A DNA stretch of 63,977 nucleotides, filler included, from Welwitschia mirabilis (taxonomy: Eukaryota), in assembly GCA_051453625.1 (NCBI GenBank). It is 6 parts of one record of this genome, joined end to end, with 100 filler letters (N's around TTAATTAATTAA, not from the genome) between each part and the next. Parts side by side here need not be neighbours in the genome. Positions count along the whole stretch, not along the records: positions 39,273 to 47,820 come from JBOZIK010000001.1; positions 47,921 to 50,906 come from JBOZIK010000001.1; positions 51,007 to 62,628 come from JBOZIK010000001.1; 3 more parts are not named here. One strand, written 5' to 3'. The notes under the pieces were generated by a model, which saw only the letters and a program-made list of their open reading frames with translations, searched no databases and had not been told where the DNA came from. Below, piece after piece: positions 39,273 to 54,000 of this stretch; position 1 is the stretch's first letter; each line of letters starts with the position of its first letter. A program made the translations under genes and the position numbers.

Positions 39273-42200
39273 CCATGCATTGCAATTTATTTCAGTAGGT
39301 TAGAATTACACATTTCTTTCTTGAAATCAACTCTTTATTGTCTATACCATTGGCCTTCAATGGAATTACGACATTCAGTTTACTCCCAACTATACTAGCG
39401 TACTGTATTTTACATCTTATTTATAATTAACAGGATTGAGATCGAAGAGTGAAACATTGCATAAATACACACTGCAACAAAGGGATATGCACATAAGACA
39501 ATATATAAGAAAAATTGAGTTTTGGTTAAAAGCAAACCAACATCTGTGTTACAAAGTAGCAGCATCTCAATGAAGGAAGCGTAGCCCAATACCAAGGAAG
39601 ACTTGTCTTAGCAATAATGGATAGATTTCCTACCCTTTAATCTCTTATCATAAGACTTTATAATGCTATGGAAGATCATTAGAGTCAAGGGAGAAGGAGG
39701 AATTTATTACAATGAAAGCACTCAAAAAACAGCAAATCTAACAGATGCAACAAAAATGGTATTAAAGCATAAAAGGTGCATGACACATTGCACAAGTTAG
39801 GTGAAGTTTGGTACATTAACTAAAAATAGTGGTCATCATGTCTGTCATTTGGACGAGATGATGATACATCAAGAGAAGTTTTGTATTTAGCTTCCATTGT
39901 CAGTATAGTGAGCATCTTTGTCAGCATATAGTTAGTGTCATCAATACTGTCGTTTGGATGATGAAGGGAACAATAGTAACTTTGAAGATCTTCATCAAGT
40001 TAAATTATCATTGTAGATCATTAAGTCCTCCTTAAAATGTAAATTATCAGTTGATCCAAAATGCCTTCAGATGTGCTAATGATTATGCCTTTCCATGATT
40101 TTTTCTTTGACTCTCAATAATCGTTGTTTTCCACTTAAGACTATCTCATTATCCTACAAAACTACTTAAAATACTTCATAAAAAATATATAATTTGGCAT
40201 CATAACATAGCTCCACTTAGCCTTGTTAGTCCTAACAAAGTTGGTGAACAACTATAATTATGACCCAAATTGATTAAGAAAAATACTAACTAGGGAAATG
40301 TAAATTAAGTTCAGAAATCACATTATGCAAGATCATATCTTAGAATCAAATAAAATGAATGTTTTACCTTAGTAGATATTGTGACCATGATGTTGTCTGG
40401 TATGTTGTCCAGACAATAATGGGGGCAATAGGCTCTTAAAAATCTATTTATAAAATCAAATCCTTACAAGTATGCTCGTTAGAAAACATGATAAAAAATA
40501 CTCACCAATATATTAGTCCCCCATTTAAAACATTTATCACATCAAAGAAATAGACATTGAATGTTATAACAAAGAGAATCATCATAAGATATAACCATAG
40601 GAGCTTAGATAAATGATGTGCATGTATAATCAGAAAAAGTAATAACTCAAAAATGATATTCATAAATCAAACATTGGGTTTTTAAGCATATTATACAAGG
40701 GAAAATATATTAAAATAAAAAATCATATCATTATTCCCTTCATCCATGATCTCCTAAATTGTTTGGATTGCCCCTGCAAGTAAGAAAACTACAACTATTT
40801 TGTTGTTAAGCACATGGTTTTTACTAAATAATATCCATTATAGATCTCATTCAACTAATAATGATCATAATTAAATTAGTACACACAGATGTATATCATG
40901 AAAATGTAAAAATGATCCTCAAANNNNNNNNNNNNNNNNNNNNNNNNNNNNNNNNNNNNNNNNNNNNNNNNNNNNNNNNNNNNNNNNNNNNNNNNNNNNN
41001 NNNNNNNNNNNNNNNNNNNNNNNAAATGAAAAGTACAATGCATGAAAACAGTGAAAAGTAAATACACTAATGTAATACAAATGAAATCTACTCTAACTAC
41101 AATATCTATCTGACTACCAAATTTTCCTATTACAAAGATCATCCATGTATAGCCTAGATTAGTGAAGGAAACTATCACTCATTCTAACCAACCTAAGCTA
41201 TCAAGTATGTCAAATAGAGTATAGAAAACATGTAATGATTAAGCTAGGAAATGTAAAATTTAATGCAATGCAAATCCTAGACTAATGATTTTATATTTAG
41301 AAAAGGTTACTCTTGATGATCTATATTAAATATGAAGCTATCACAGAATCATAACCAATATAAATCATAAGGGATACAGACATGAATGAAACTAAAAAAA
41401 TCTTTTCGTTATTTGCTGAACCAACACCCTATTACATGATAGTAATACCTTAATGAATGAGACATAATCCAACATCAAGGAAGACCCCTCTCAATAATAA
41501 TAAATGGGCCTCCTATTCTTTGACCTCATATTACAAGATTTTTAAGTGATAAAGAAGATAAAGCAAGATTGGAGGAGGTATTTATTATAATAAAACGCTC
41601 TAAAAATAGCAACTCTAATAGATGTAATAGAAAACCTGATGGCACATAGGAGGTGTATAACACATTATAGAAGTTAGATGAATTTTGATGCATTAACCAA
41701 AAATAGTTGTCATCTTGACTATCATCTAAATGATGGTGGGAATGATGACATGTCGAGAAAGGTCCCATATCAACTTTCATCTTTGGTTCAGTAAGCATCT
41801 TTATTAGCATATACATGGTGTTGTCTATAATATCATGTAGACAATTAAGGGGATGATAGTCTTCTAAAGTTTTTTAATCAAATCAATTTAGCTTTGTAGA
41901 TCATTAATGTCTCCTCAGAATGTAAAATATTAGAATTTATCTAGCATGCCTCCAAATATGATGGTAATTGCATGTTTCTATGATTTTCTCCTTAAATCTC
42001 AATACTCATCAAAATCCACTTAAACCTATCTAAATGTCCTACAAAACTACTAAAAATACCCATCAAAAACATATAATTTGACATTACAACATTCCTCCAC
42101 TTAGCCTTCTTAATCCCTAATAAAGTAGTAAATAACTATAATTGCAAGTAAAATTAACTAAGATAAACCTTAATTAGGGGTATGTAAATCAAATTTAAAA

Positions 42201-44100
42201 ATATCATTATGTAGGATCAGATCTAAAAATTAAATAAACTAAATGTTTTACCTTAGTAGATATTGTAACCATGCTATCATCTAGTATGTCATCTAGATGA
42301 TTATGGGGATGATAGGATTTCGAAAAATTCTACAATTATGCTTATGAGAAAATAAGATCAAAATACTTACCAATTCATTAAATCCTCACTTAAAAAATCT
42401 AGCCCATCGAAGAATTAGATATTGAATATTATAACAAAAATTATTGTCAAAAGATATAACTATAATAACTTACATAAATGATGTACATGCATAATCAGAA
42501 AATGTATTAACTTAAAAATGATATTCATAAATTAAAAATTGATATTTCTTTTTCAAGCATAATCCACAAGGTTAAATACATAAAAAATAATCATAACATT
42601 ATTCCCTTCATCCATGGTTTCTTGAATTGGTTGGACTTTCGTTAAAAGAAAAACAAACTACAAGTATTATAGTACCAAATACATGTTTTACTAAATAATA
42701 TCCATAATGCATATCACTCAAATAATAGGTGATCATAATTGACTTAGTACATTACAGATATGTATCATGAAAATTCAGAAATAACTTTTAAAATTTAAAA
42801 TTTTTGCTTAAACTCTCTCAAAATATATGTTCTATGTTAAAATATATGCCCCCTTCCCTAGGTGAATTAATACACCTGTATTACATTAATGTAAGAAAGA
42901 AAAAGATAAAAATGCAAGTTAAGTACAAGTAAGCAAAACAGACGGGACTTGGAGCAGTACGCTGTGCATAAAAAGAAGGGTAAAAAAGAGTCAAAAGAGG
43001 ATAAAACAGAAAAGTGATGTACCTCAAAAAATATCAATGTGTCATCCTGCCTAGTCATCCGAACGACAAGGTGGACGACAAGTTTTTCAAAAGATTTAGA
43101 AAAAATAAAAGTGTCAACAGAATAAGATAAGCTTAGATGATATCATGGAGGTTATAGAAAGATATTAGAAAGTTAGAATGATGAAAAATCGCTAAGAATT
43201 ATGATGATTAAGGCATGACAAAGGGAATGAATTTATAATGTACCAAGTGAAGAAATATTATGAAATTTATCATGAACTCACAATCATTGGATGCGTCAAA
43301 ACTAACAAAGAACATTAAAGAACTAAACTCAAAAAGAAACTAAAAGAATAGATGGAAAAAAAATATTATCATAAAATAAGGAAGCATTATTTGCATTAAA
43401 AAAAAATCAACTCCTACATAATAAAAACTAGAGTGAAAATAAAAATTAATAAGTAAACTATTAAATAATCAAGTCCTACATATTTGTAATGAAAACGTAT
43501 GGAAGTGACTTTGAAATCCCAAAGAAAATAAGTAAGCAAAATAAAATGGAAATAAACAACTAGGAACATGAAGGAGATTGTGTATCTACCCTAAATTCCA
43601 ACTTAGCAAATCCTCATGGAATAAATTTTTAAATAACTTGATTAATTATGCATGACATAATGCAAAAACTTCATAACGTACCACTCAAATGGATAGTGAT
43701 TATAATGATGTCAAGTAATTAATATATTCTAATAATAAATGATAAGATCAAAATATGCTTAGAAATGGATTCACTTACTCAAACTTCAAAACACACCTAA
43801 ATTTACAAAAGTGAAATGATCATGTGGGAATACTGTAAGCTTAGTAAGTCTAGAAAATAAGTAATACCTTTAATGACACTAGGAACACCACTAATCCTGT
43901 ATCCTCAAAGTATTTATTATTAATCCATGATGAGGGGAGTGTAATCATAGTCAGAGAAGTAAGAACCTGTGAAGCATAATTAACTGATCCTCCAGTGGAG
44001 TTCCCATAGCTACCAATACTACCAAAAGTCCCTTTCGGGAAAATTACCTTAGTGTAGTAGGACATCATGGTGTGTATGTATTTAGCACAAAAAAAATAGA
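39273..44100 (-). mobile_element. Two tandem 3' ends (3' internal region + PPT + LTR) of the same Athila-like family
   Basis: LTR/PPT junctions aaCA-tagctccacttagcc (40207) and aaCA-ttcctccacttagcc (42091). ~40000-40920 and ~41880-42790 are diverged direct repeats. Confidence 0.7.
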
Positions 44101-44359
44101 TCATGGTCATTATTCTCTTTCTTCTCTCTCTCTCTCTTTTTTTTTTTTAAATACTTTTTCAAAATAAATTCCACATGATCACACACTCTCAAAGACAAAG
44201 GTGAATAAATGAAATGAAAAACAAAAAATAATACCCCTAAACAACTAAAGACTTTTATTTTATTTTTTATTTTTTAAAAAGGATTAGCTGTCTTTTTGTT
44301 TAAAAATAATATAAAATAAAAATATAAATTTTAAGTACCTTTTTTAAACTATATATTTT

Positions 44360-45734
44360 CTTGGCTGAAGGAGTAAAGGAGGAAGCTAGGGTTCTAGAAG
44401 CACTAAGTCAATGGGGGCAGTTTCGATTCTGGAGGTCCATGACGCATATGGATCATTATCGACCAACATTCAGTTGGGCAATAAGTAATTTACAATTTCA
44501 TTTATTTCATGAGAGTTGATTCACAATGGGCTTTAAAGTAGGGCTCTTTCCCTTAAAATGGAGAAGATGTAGTTCTTCAAAGGAAGGAAACCCTAGTTTT
44601 AGACATAGATGAAGACACTTGCTCTAAAATAGAAAAGAAACTTCACTACAACCTGATCAGCAAGTTTATTTCATTTGCGCCTTGGGCCAGACTCAATTTT
44701 ATTAGAGAATGGGTAGCCGCTAAATGAATAGGAGTTAGTACGGTCGAGGTAATAGCCATACCATAACAGTTTATCCAAAGGAAGCAGGAAATATAATCCC
44801 TTTCAACACTTAACATAGAAAGAGTCTAAAGACAACCATCAATCTCAGAGCCAAATAAGCATAAAGAAGTCAAATGATGTTGAAACTTAGATGAAGAAAT
44901 GATCTAGCAACAGAATACTCCAGGATAGGGAAACTACAGAACATGTGGCCAATAGATCCCAAGCANNNNNNNNNNNNNNNNNNNNNNNAGGTTAAGAGGT
45001 GCTTCGAAAGCGGCAACAACAAATTTAATGAAGTGCCTCTCCTACAATTGCAGGGGACTAAGGTCTCCCTATAAGAAAAAGACCCTAATAGATCTGATTA
45101 GTAAATTCAACATCAATTTAGTTTATTTACAAGAGACAAAAATCCAAGATAGCATGAAATTAGATAACTTCTGACAATAATAAAATATTTTCACCTCTAT
45201 AGCACAAGGAAATTCAGAAGGAATTATGACCCTGATGAAAAAGGAGGTAAATCTATTCAACAACAGTAAAAATCATTTAACAATCTATTTGAAGGAAGAA
45301 GGATGAATTATCACAAATGTTTATAGCCCTTAGAATAATTTAGATAAAGCCTCCATGCTGAAAAACCTTCAAAGGTTAGTAGTGGACAAGGCCAAATAGT
45401 TAATGATAGGGGATTTTAATCAAAGCCTTTATCGAAGGGAGAAAACAAGGGACAAAAAATAGAATAGTAAAGAGGCAACAATCCTTAGAGAGTTTATGGT
45501 GTAAAATGTCCTCTTAGATATACCACTTATTGAATGCAAATAAACTTGACCTAATAAGAGAACAGGAAGTAAGCAGGTAATGTCTAGGATAGATCAAATA
45601 TTAGCTAGGAAGGACATAGCCAAGCTACCAATTAAAGCATGGGATTTAAATAGAATAACCTTGAATCACTAACCAATTAAGTTTAGAATAAGGACAATAA
45701 CATCCTCTAGACCCTTATTGCGGTGTGTATTTAT
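44360..45734 (+). mobile_element. L1-type LINE fragment: ORF1 remnant and ORF2 endonuclease pseudogene
   Basis: ATG at 45028 gives MKCLSYNCRGLRSP, then VYLQETK, AQGNSEGIMTL, MIGDFNQ, MSRIDQIL. Multiple stops. Ends at a gap. Confidence 0.88.
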
Positions 45735-46366
45735 NNNNNNNNNNNNNNNNNNNNNNNNNNNNNNNNNNNNNNNNNNNNNNNNNNNNNNNNNNNNNNNNNN
45801 NNNNNNNNNNNNNNNNNNNNNNNNNNNNNNNNNNNNNNNNNNNNNNNNNNNNNNNNNNNNNNNNNNNNNNNNNNNNNNNNNNNNNNNNNNNNNNNNNNNN
45901 NNNNNNNNNNNNNNNNNNNNNNNNNNNNNNNNNNNNNNNNNNNNNNNNNNNNNNNNNNNNNNNNNNNNNNNNNNNNNNNNNNNNNNNNNNNNNNNNNNNN
46001 NNNNNNNNNNNNNNNNNNNNNNNNNNNNNNNNNNNNNNNNNNNNNNNNNNNNNNNNNNNNNNNNNNNNNNNNNNNNNNNNNNNNNNNNNNNNNNNNNNNN
46101 NNNNNNNNNNNNNNNNNNNNNNNNNNNNNNNNNNNNNNNNNNNNNNNNNNNNNNNNNNNNNNNNNNNNNNNNNNNNNNNNNNNNNNNNNNNNNNNNNNNN
46201 NNNNNNNNNNNNNNNNNNNNNNNNNNNNNNNNNNNNNNNNNNNNNNNNNNNNNNNNNNNNNNNNNNNNNNNNNNNNNNNNNNNNNNNNNNNNNNNNNNNN
46301 NNNNNNNNNNNNNNNNNNNNNNNNNNNNNNNNNNNNNNNNNNNNNNNNNNNNNNNNNNNNNNNNNA

Positions 46367-47820
46367 CAAGCGACAACTCAAGAATACATTTTGTAAAACT
46401 ATGGGAGAATAGTGTTGTCCTTCGGGATGTCCGGACGATGTAGGAGATGACAAGGATTGGCAATGAGTTATCTGCTTCACTTCTAGTTTAACTGTTTGTG
46501 ATTTGCATGGGAAGTCCTGTCAAGTGGTTCTAGAGATGTCATCCACTAGTGTCGTCTGAACGATGAGGTGGACGATGATGTCTGATATAGAAGTCTTCAG
46601 TTTGTTTGGAAGTTATCTTGAAAGAACTCTATCATATGCTCTATTAGGATTGTCGTCCTGACTGTTGTGTGGACGACAGAGGGGACGACCGTCTTTTATT
46701 CATCTTTTGTCAGTCTGATATCTTGCTATTTGCAGAAATATTTATCTGAAAATATAATTTATCCAGATCTATATGAAATGCTCATAAATTATCTGATAAA
46801 CTGCATGTTTTCGTCTTGTGCTCCTGGATTCTCAATTGTCACAGGAACTTGACATTTATCTGTTAGTTTATCCGTAAAAAAACTCAAAATAACCTATCAA
46901 ATACATCTAAGTTAGCGTCACAACATAGCCCTCCCACTTAGCTTTGTTAGTCCCTGATAAAACCAGGCGGTAAACTGTGTTTGCAAGTCAACTTTTTAAG
47001 CAAGAAAAGATAGGATATCTAAAGAAGGCAATTGAAATATATGTGTATCAGTAACGGATTGAATTCAAAAATTTTAAAAAATAAATAAAGTACCTGTATT
47101 AGTATCAGAAGTGTGTCATCTGACATGTCGTCCGAATGATAATTGGAACGACAGGTTCTATTAAGGATTTTTAAAGTCTAGAACCTATGATAGAAAATAG
47201 ATTTTGCATTAATTATAAAGTTATGATAAACAGGTCCTCCAGTGATAGATAGTTAAATATAATCATGTAAAAATCAAGAAGGATTTGTGATAATGATTTA
47301 TCCTAAGCAAAAAAATTTGATTAGAAATATGAAAGTTAGATCAGAAATATGCAGGATTGAAAATATATATGTGTCCTTCCCCCTACTTAAAATGTGCAAT
47401 GTGTCCTGAATTACCTAAACTAATAAAAATGTAAAATGTAACAATGAATGGAATGAAAAATTACGAAACTACTAAATTAGAAAAGAAGAAAATGGGAAAA
47501 TGACTAGAAAATAGTAGACATGAAAACAAAAGAAAAGCAGAGGAGGAATAGACACAAGGAACAAGAAGAAGAGTGTTTACCTCTTCTAAGTACTAACGTA
47601 GTAAACTCCAAAGGAAAACATCATAACATTACCTGAGTAAAGATGCATGACAAAATGTAATAACTCGATAAAGTTCATTCGAAAGGGTAGTAGTTATGGT
47701 GATATCCAAGGTTTTAATTATGTAGAATAATGAAGGTCAAATGAAAAGATACTTAGAAATGGACTCATCTATTTCTACCTACTAACTCACTGAAATCTCC
47801 AAAAGTGAAATGATCAAGTG
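46367..47820 (-). mobile_element. Third Athila-like 3' end (partial LTR, PPT, 3' internal region)
   Basis: caaCA-tagccctcccacttagctttgttagtccctgataaa at 46921-46961 matches the 40207 and 42091 junctions. 47750-47820 resembles 43755-43830. This copy retains more CpG (gacgac/gtcgtc motifs). Confidence 0.7.
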
Positions 47821-47920
47821 NNNNNNNNNNNNNNNNNNNNNNNNNNNNNNNNNNNNNNNNNNNNTTAATTAATTAANNNNNNNNNNNNNNNNNNNNNNNN
47901 NNNNNNNNNNNNNNNNNNNN

Positions 47921-50906
47921 TCCTACTTTTACTGGAGAACTCGATGAAGATCCTTTATAACACATTGCCAATGTAGAACAACTTGTTCTTACTTCTAAAA
48001 ATAGTAAGAAACATATATGTAATAGAACCTAAATGGTAATCTTTCCCATCACTTTAATAGATAAAGCAAAACTATGGCTTAGAATTATTCCCCACAAAAG
48101 TCTAAAATCTTGAAGTTAAGTTCAAGAAGCCTTTATCAAGAGAGTCATGAGTGAAACCACCATCTGAAAGTGTAAGAAAGAAGTTACCAACTTCTAACAA
48201 ATGCCTAATAAAGATTATGCCTTTNNNNNNNNNNNNNNNNNNNNNNNNNNNNNNNNNNNNNNNNNNNNNNNNNNNNNNNNNNNNNNNNNNNNNNNNNNNN
48301 NNNNNNNNNNNNNNNNNNNNNNNNCAAGAGAGTCATAAGTGAAACCACCATCTAAAAGTGTAAGAAAGAAGTTACCAACTTCTAACAAATGCCTAATAAA
48401 GATTATGCCTTTGCCTATGAGAGAGTCTTTGTTACTTTACATTCAAACTTTATAGATGCCTTTTCATAGGTATAACTAGTTGACTATTTTTACAATGGTT
48501 TAAACAGTCATACAAAGAAACTTGTAGATTTTTCTTGTGAAGAAAACTTATTGAACCAAATCCTAAATGATTCTTGAAAAGTATTGGANNNNNNNNNNNN
48601 NNNNNNNNNNNNNNNNNNNNNNNNNNNNNNNNNNNNNNNNNNNNNNNNNNNNNNNNNNNNNNNNNNNNNNNNNNNNNNNNNNNNNNNNCCTTTTCATAGG
48701 TAGAACTAGTTGACTATTTTTACAATGGTTTAAACAGTCATACAAAGCAACTTGTAGATTTTTCTTGTGAAGAAAACTTATTGAACCAAATCCTAGATGA
48801 TTCTTGAAAAGTATTGGAAGATTTGATGGAAGTGATTTAAACATGACCTAAACCCTCACCTAGAGAAAACCAAACCAGAGGCTAAATCATTAAAGATCTA
48901 AAAGAGGTAAAACATGAAAGAATGAAACAAAACCCAAAAATGAGTCAACTAGTATCATTAAGGACTCCACCTCTACCTTAAAAAAAATACACCAAATGAT
49001 CTTTTAGGCTAAAGTAGCTACCGAGAAGAGTGAAGTTGTAATTCTAACTTATGATTTTTATGAAGATAGCTACCATGTTACAAAAGATTGTCCCTTGCTT
49101 CCTACCTATAAAGAAGAGATCTATGAGGAAGTTTATGCCTTTAACCAAAGACCTTCGAACTACAACCAAAATCACAAATAAAAACAAGTCCCAAATCACA
49201 ACAATTTTCAACATAGGATGAGTAAACAACCAAACTCTAGAAATTTTCAAATACACCATTCTAACTTCCAACCTTTCAGAAATAGATTTAAGAACTCAAA
49301 ATTTTAATCCAACAACTCAAACAACCTGGCAATCTCATCCAAATCCCAAAACCATAGTGATTCTCTTAGGAATTCCATTGAGGAGTTAAGAAAAACGTAA
49401 GAAAAAATAAACACCAACATAGAAAATCTTGTAAGCATTCTACAACAAACTATACTTACCAACCAAGGACCACAAGGATCTCTTTCAATTTAACATTTAT
49501 CGAACCTTAACGAAGTAAGAAAAGGTTGTAAGGTAGTGATAAGAAGTGGAAATGACACCACTCCTCTTACCCATGAGGCTTCAACATCACAAAGTAACAA
49601 GAATAATGAGGAAGAGAACATAGAAATCCTAAAAAACCATTCCTTTCCTTCTTCATTAAGCAAACTAAAAAAAGATTTTTCACAAAAAAAACCTACTACC
49701 CCATGGCTTGATAGGCTTAACACAAACCCCATCTTTGATGATCATTTGAAAGCCTTAATAAAAAATGTGAGCCTTAACTTACCATTTTGGGAACTTTCAT
49801 AAGAAAACCTGAGGTATTCTAAGCTATGGAAAGACTTAATAAAAAGAAAATAAAAATAAACCATCCCTAGTAAAGTCTTTCTAGCTTAATCCATTAGCAA
49901 TTTGGTATGCAAAAAATTTCAAAATTTAAAGATCTAAGGGCAGCAATCATGAGTGTCACTTTAGAGGGAAACCGTAGAATAAAAAAATCCTTGATAGATA
50001 TTGGAGCTAGTGTTAACATTATGCCCTTGCACATTTGTTAATGTCTTGGTTTGGAAGAAAGAGTAGAACCTACACACATTATCTTAGAGTTACCTAATAC
50101 ATCTGTGAAGAAATTATTAAGTATGATCAAGTACTTAGTCATTCAGATAGAGAAAGCTTTCTACCCTATTGATGTAGTTGTTTTAGAAGTTGAGCACCAT
50201 GGTGGATATCATTTACTTCTAGGTATAGCTTTCTATGTAATAGCCCACTATATCATAGATATAAGGACTAGATTGATGAAGTGCCATTTTAAGAATAAAC
50301 AATATTCAATAAAAGTGTTTGATGTGGCTGGAAAATATTTAGCCACAATTTGAGTTTGGAGGAAGAAATTAAGCCAACACTATTTTTACAACACTGTCCA
50401 CTTAAGGAAAGATGGTTCATACTTCATGAACCAATCTTGTTTAATGATAAATCAAAAGTAGACTACCTGTATGTTTTTAATGATCAATTTGAGTTTGACC
50501 ATTTGACAACTAAGTTTTTTGATCTAGGGAGTAGTGAGCTTGAGTCTATAAACTATGCAGAAGACTGAGAAATTATCAACACTGAGATTTCTTATTTTAA
50601 GAGCAGTCATCCACTACTGACATCTGAATGATAGTCTGAAATGCAATCTATTCTTTTAAGAATTTTCCAGAAACCAAAAATCTATACATAAACCTGAACT
50701 TGAAACCTTTAGCCAGTGGGTTGAAATACATTTTTCTGAGAAGAGACTTGAAAAAACCATTGATTATCAACAAAAACCTTTTTCCTTAACAAGAATCAAG
50801 TCTTATCCCTTTTTTAAAATCTAAGGCAAATGTGTTTTCTTAGTCCCATAACAATTTAATGGCCTTACCTACTTCCATTGTATAATATAAAATCTACCTC
50901 AAAGAA
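47921..50906 (+). mobile_element. Ty3/gypsy (Athila/Tat-like) gag-protease pseudogene
   Basis: gag FTGELDEDP and IFPITLIDKAKLWL...VQEAFIK; aspartic protease LIDIGASVNIMPL at ~49990, YPIDVVVLE...LLLG; pre-RT linker GLKYIFL at ~50720. Confidence 0.88.
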
Positions 50907-51006
50907 NNNNNNNNNNNNNNNNNNNNNNNNNNNNNNNNNNNNNNNNNNNNTTAATTAATTAANNNNNNNNNNNNNNNNNNNNNNNNNNNNNNNNNNNNNN
51001 NNNNNN

Positions 51007-54000
51007 TTTTGGATATAGATCTGGTAGTTTCTTGCACCTATAAAAATACTTTTCATTCTACAAAGATCATATTAGTTTGACATCAATTAGTAAAAATAAA
51101 ATCTAACACTTTTTCCAGGAGATGGATTAACAATATCAAGATCTAAAAGATCTAAAGGATGTTAAATACTGATAAAGTTTTTTTTCTACCAAATCTTATC
51201 CTTTTTTGCTTTTCTTTCTAACATGCCTAAAAAATCTTATTATTAATTCCTTACAACTAAGGAAGTCTTCTTATCAAATTTTTTGAAGATAAGGTTTTTA
51301 GTAAGTCTTCATTTATTTGCTTAAGCTTCTTGTGCCATAGCTTTATTTTACTTATAGTACTTAATAGACGCTTAGTTCCCTTATTATAAATATCTTATAA
51401 AGTAATAATATAAACATTAGATTTTCTAACTCTAGAAAATAACACCTTATTTGAGTTATATCCTTTGATAATACAATCATCTTTGGTAAAAGAAATAGAA
51501 AATTTTACATCACATAACTAACACATACTTAGAAGATTATTTTACAATACTTATATAAATAAAACATATTTTACCTCAAGTAGATTACCTTTTCCAATGG
51601 TTTTAATACCTCTAATAAGATCTCTATATTATCATCAAAATTAATCATTCTTTTGTCTTACTCTACCAAAATAGTAAAACTAGATTATTCTTCAGTCATG
51701 TACCTTGAAGAACCATTGTCAATATAATAGGAATGTTTCTTTATAACTCATAGAGAAATTTGAGCTAAGAGAGATGGTCTTAATTTTGGAATCCAAATTT
51801 TCTTTGATTTGGTCTGCACTAGATGTTGTATCATATTTCTTAGCCTTTTTGCACTATTATTGTAATATCTAGTGTTGAATTTAAATGGATAATTAGATTG
51901 ATAATAGCCATGTTTATAGAAATAATAATAGGTAATATTATTAGTATAAAATATATGCTCATACATTTACTTGTAGTTCCATTTGTTGAACAACAATGCT
52001 AAAGTACTAGTGGAGGCTTTATTATGGCTTAAGTGATTTTTATCATTTGTACTTCTACATTATCCAAGTATAATGTTTAAGGTTTCCTTACCTTGGGTAA
52101 ACTTCTCATTCATTCGCTTTGTATTCATGAGTTCCCATGTAATGTTCTTTAATTCATACATTAGGTTATTAATATTATCTTTGAGAGTTAAGTTTCCAAA
52201 TGATAATCTATTGCGAGAACTTTTTTGTGTATATGCTAATTTACAAGAATAAAATAATTTTTTCATTTTAGAACATACCTTTTAAAACCTAATGAACTCT
52301 TTACAAATTAATTCATACCTCTATTGAAGTTTTATATCTATTTAATCCTTACTTTATAATTTATATTTTTCATTTCCTTCTTTATTTTCCTTTTGGATAT
52401 GCACAATGGACATGTAAGATGAATGAGTTCTTTTGTTATTAGATGTCTCTACTTTAATTGCATCCTCATCATTATTCCATCCTATAAAGAAGCATATCTT
52501 CTTCTTGGGTTCTTTATTTTATGTTTTTTTCTATAATCTATTAGAGTTACAACATTTTGAGGCTATGTTTCCTCATTCTCCACAAATCCAAAATTCCAAA
52601 TTGAAAATATTACTCTTGGAATAAAGTGAAAAGCTACTAGAAGTTTTTACTTTGGAGCTACCTTTAGCTTGAAACTCAAATGAATTTTGGTATTACTTCT
52701 TCATATTATTCTTTTGTGAAAGAAGTATTTTGACTCATCTTATGACAAAAGCAAGTTCTTCTTCCATATCATCTTTAGAGTCATTTCCATTTGATCCTTC
52801 TATTGTTTTCCCTTTGAAAGATTGCCATGTATTTTCACTAGCTTTAAAAGCAATAAGCTTTTCCTTTAGAGTACCATATTAAATAAGACTCAATTTATAA
52901 GCTTCATCTTAAATAAGATTCATTTTGTAAGCTATTTGATAACTTTATAACTCCTCAATATTCATTTTGTTGAAATTTCTTGATCCTTTCATGGCTATTA
53001 CTTTAGGCTTGTATTCTAGAGTTATGTATCTAATAATGTTTTGAATTGCCATAGCCCCTAGAAGATTTTTACTAATGTCATGTATGACATTCACTATGTT
53101 AGAGACTTTTGTGAAGTATTCATGTATTCTTTCTCCATTGTTCATCTTTAGATTTTCACGCTAATTGGTCTAGACAAGAAGATTTGATTTCTTGATAACA
53201 TAGATTCCTTCATATGTTTTTGCTAAAACATTTCATAACTCTTATATAGTTTTTCATTTAGATATTCTATTAAATCCCTCTATTATAAGGAATGAATAAA
53301 GAGCATTCTTTGCTTTTAAGACATAGATGAAGAATGCCTTTTCTTTTATCTTCCCAATTCCTTTTAGGTTTCATTTGTGTAATGGAGTTTCCTACAACAT
53401 ATATAGCAGTTTCTATAACTTTTAATTATCCATTTTTAATGTCTTACTAAGATTAAAACTTATAATACTACAAGTACATTGACATCCTCCTTTAAATAGG
53501 CATGATTAGTTCCATTGAAGAGCAGAGGTTTGATGGATGCAAACCCTTTCATAGTTTAGTTAATGATGTTACTTCTTTTCATGAGTACATTATTCAATAC
53601 CCCTTAAGAATTTTTAAACTCAAACAAAAGGGGTAAATAAGATCTACCAAATAAAATTCTATTGAAATCAATTAAAAATTTCAAAATAAAGACCTTAGCA
53701 AATTAACATGGTTCATCAACTTGGATATGTCCACACATAGAGGGTAGGTTACTTTCACATCTTTAGAGTTTCTTAATCTACAAAATAGTGGTTTTAGAGC
53801 ATCATTAATCTTACATATAACTAAGATGATTCTTACAAGATATTATGCTCTTCCCCTCAAGGATTACAATAAACTAAAATAAAACATGCTCATAAGCACT
53901 CAAGGAAGCACATCCATACAAAGGTTGCCTTATAATTTGGAATCTCAAGCACGGAATCCTAAAAATAATAATAAGTAGTAGACTATAATAAATTTATTTA
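51007..54000 (-). mobile_element. Heavily decayed Sirevirus-type copia element: LTR part, gag, protease, start of integrase
   Basis: gag start MKGFASIKPLLFNGTNHAY at ~53551; ORF 52945-53145 YKPKVIAMKGSRN...IEEL; protease YIDNGSSRYMT at ~51700; LWHKKL and LDLLDLDI at 51130-51340. The LTR-like block from ~53620 has a homologue at ~55160-55510. Confidence 0.8.

Noticed and set aside
26174..46480. Long X-filled ORFs (26174, 34846-35345, 45669-46480; also 9317-10064)
   Set aside because: Their length comes from N runs.
48137..48820. Near-perfect direct repeats flanking 100-N gaps (also ~4121-4305, 9527/9955, 37763-37896)
   Set aside because: These look like unmerged contig-end overlaps (assembly artefacts), not real duplications.
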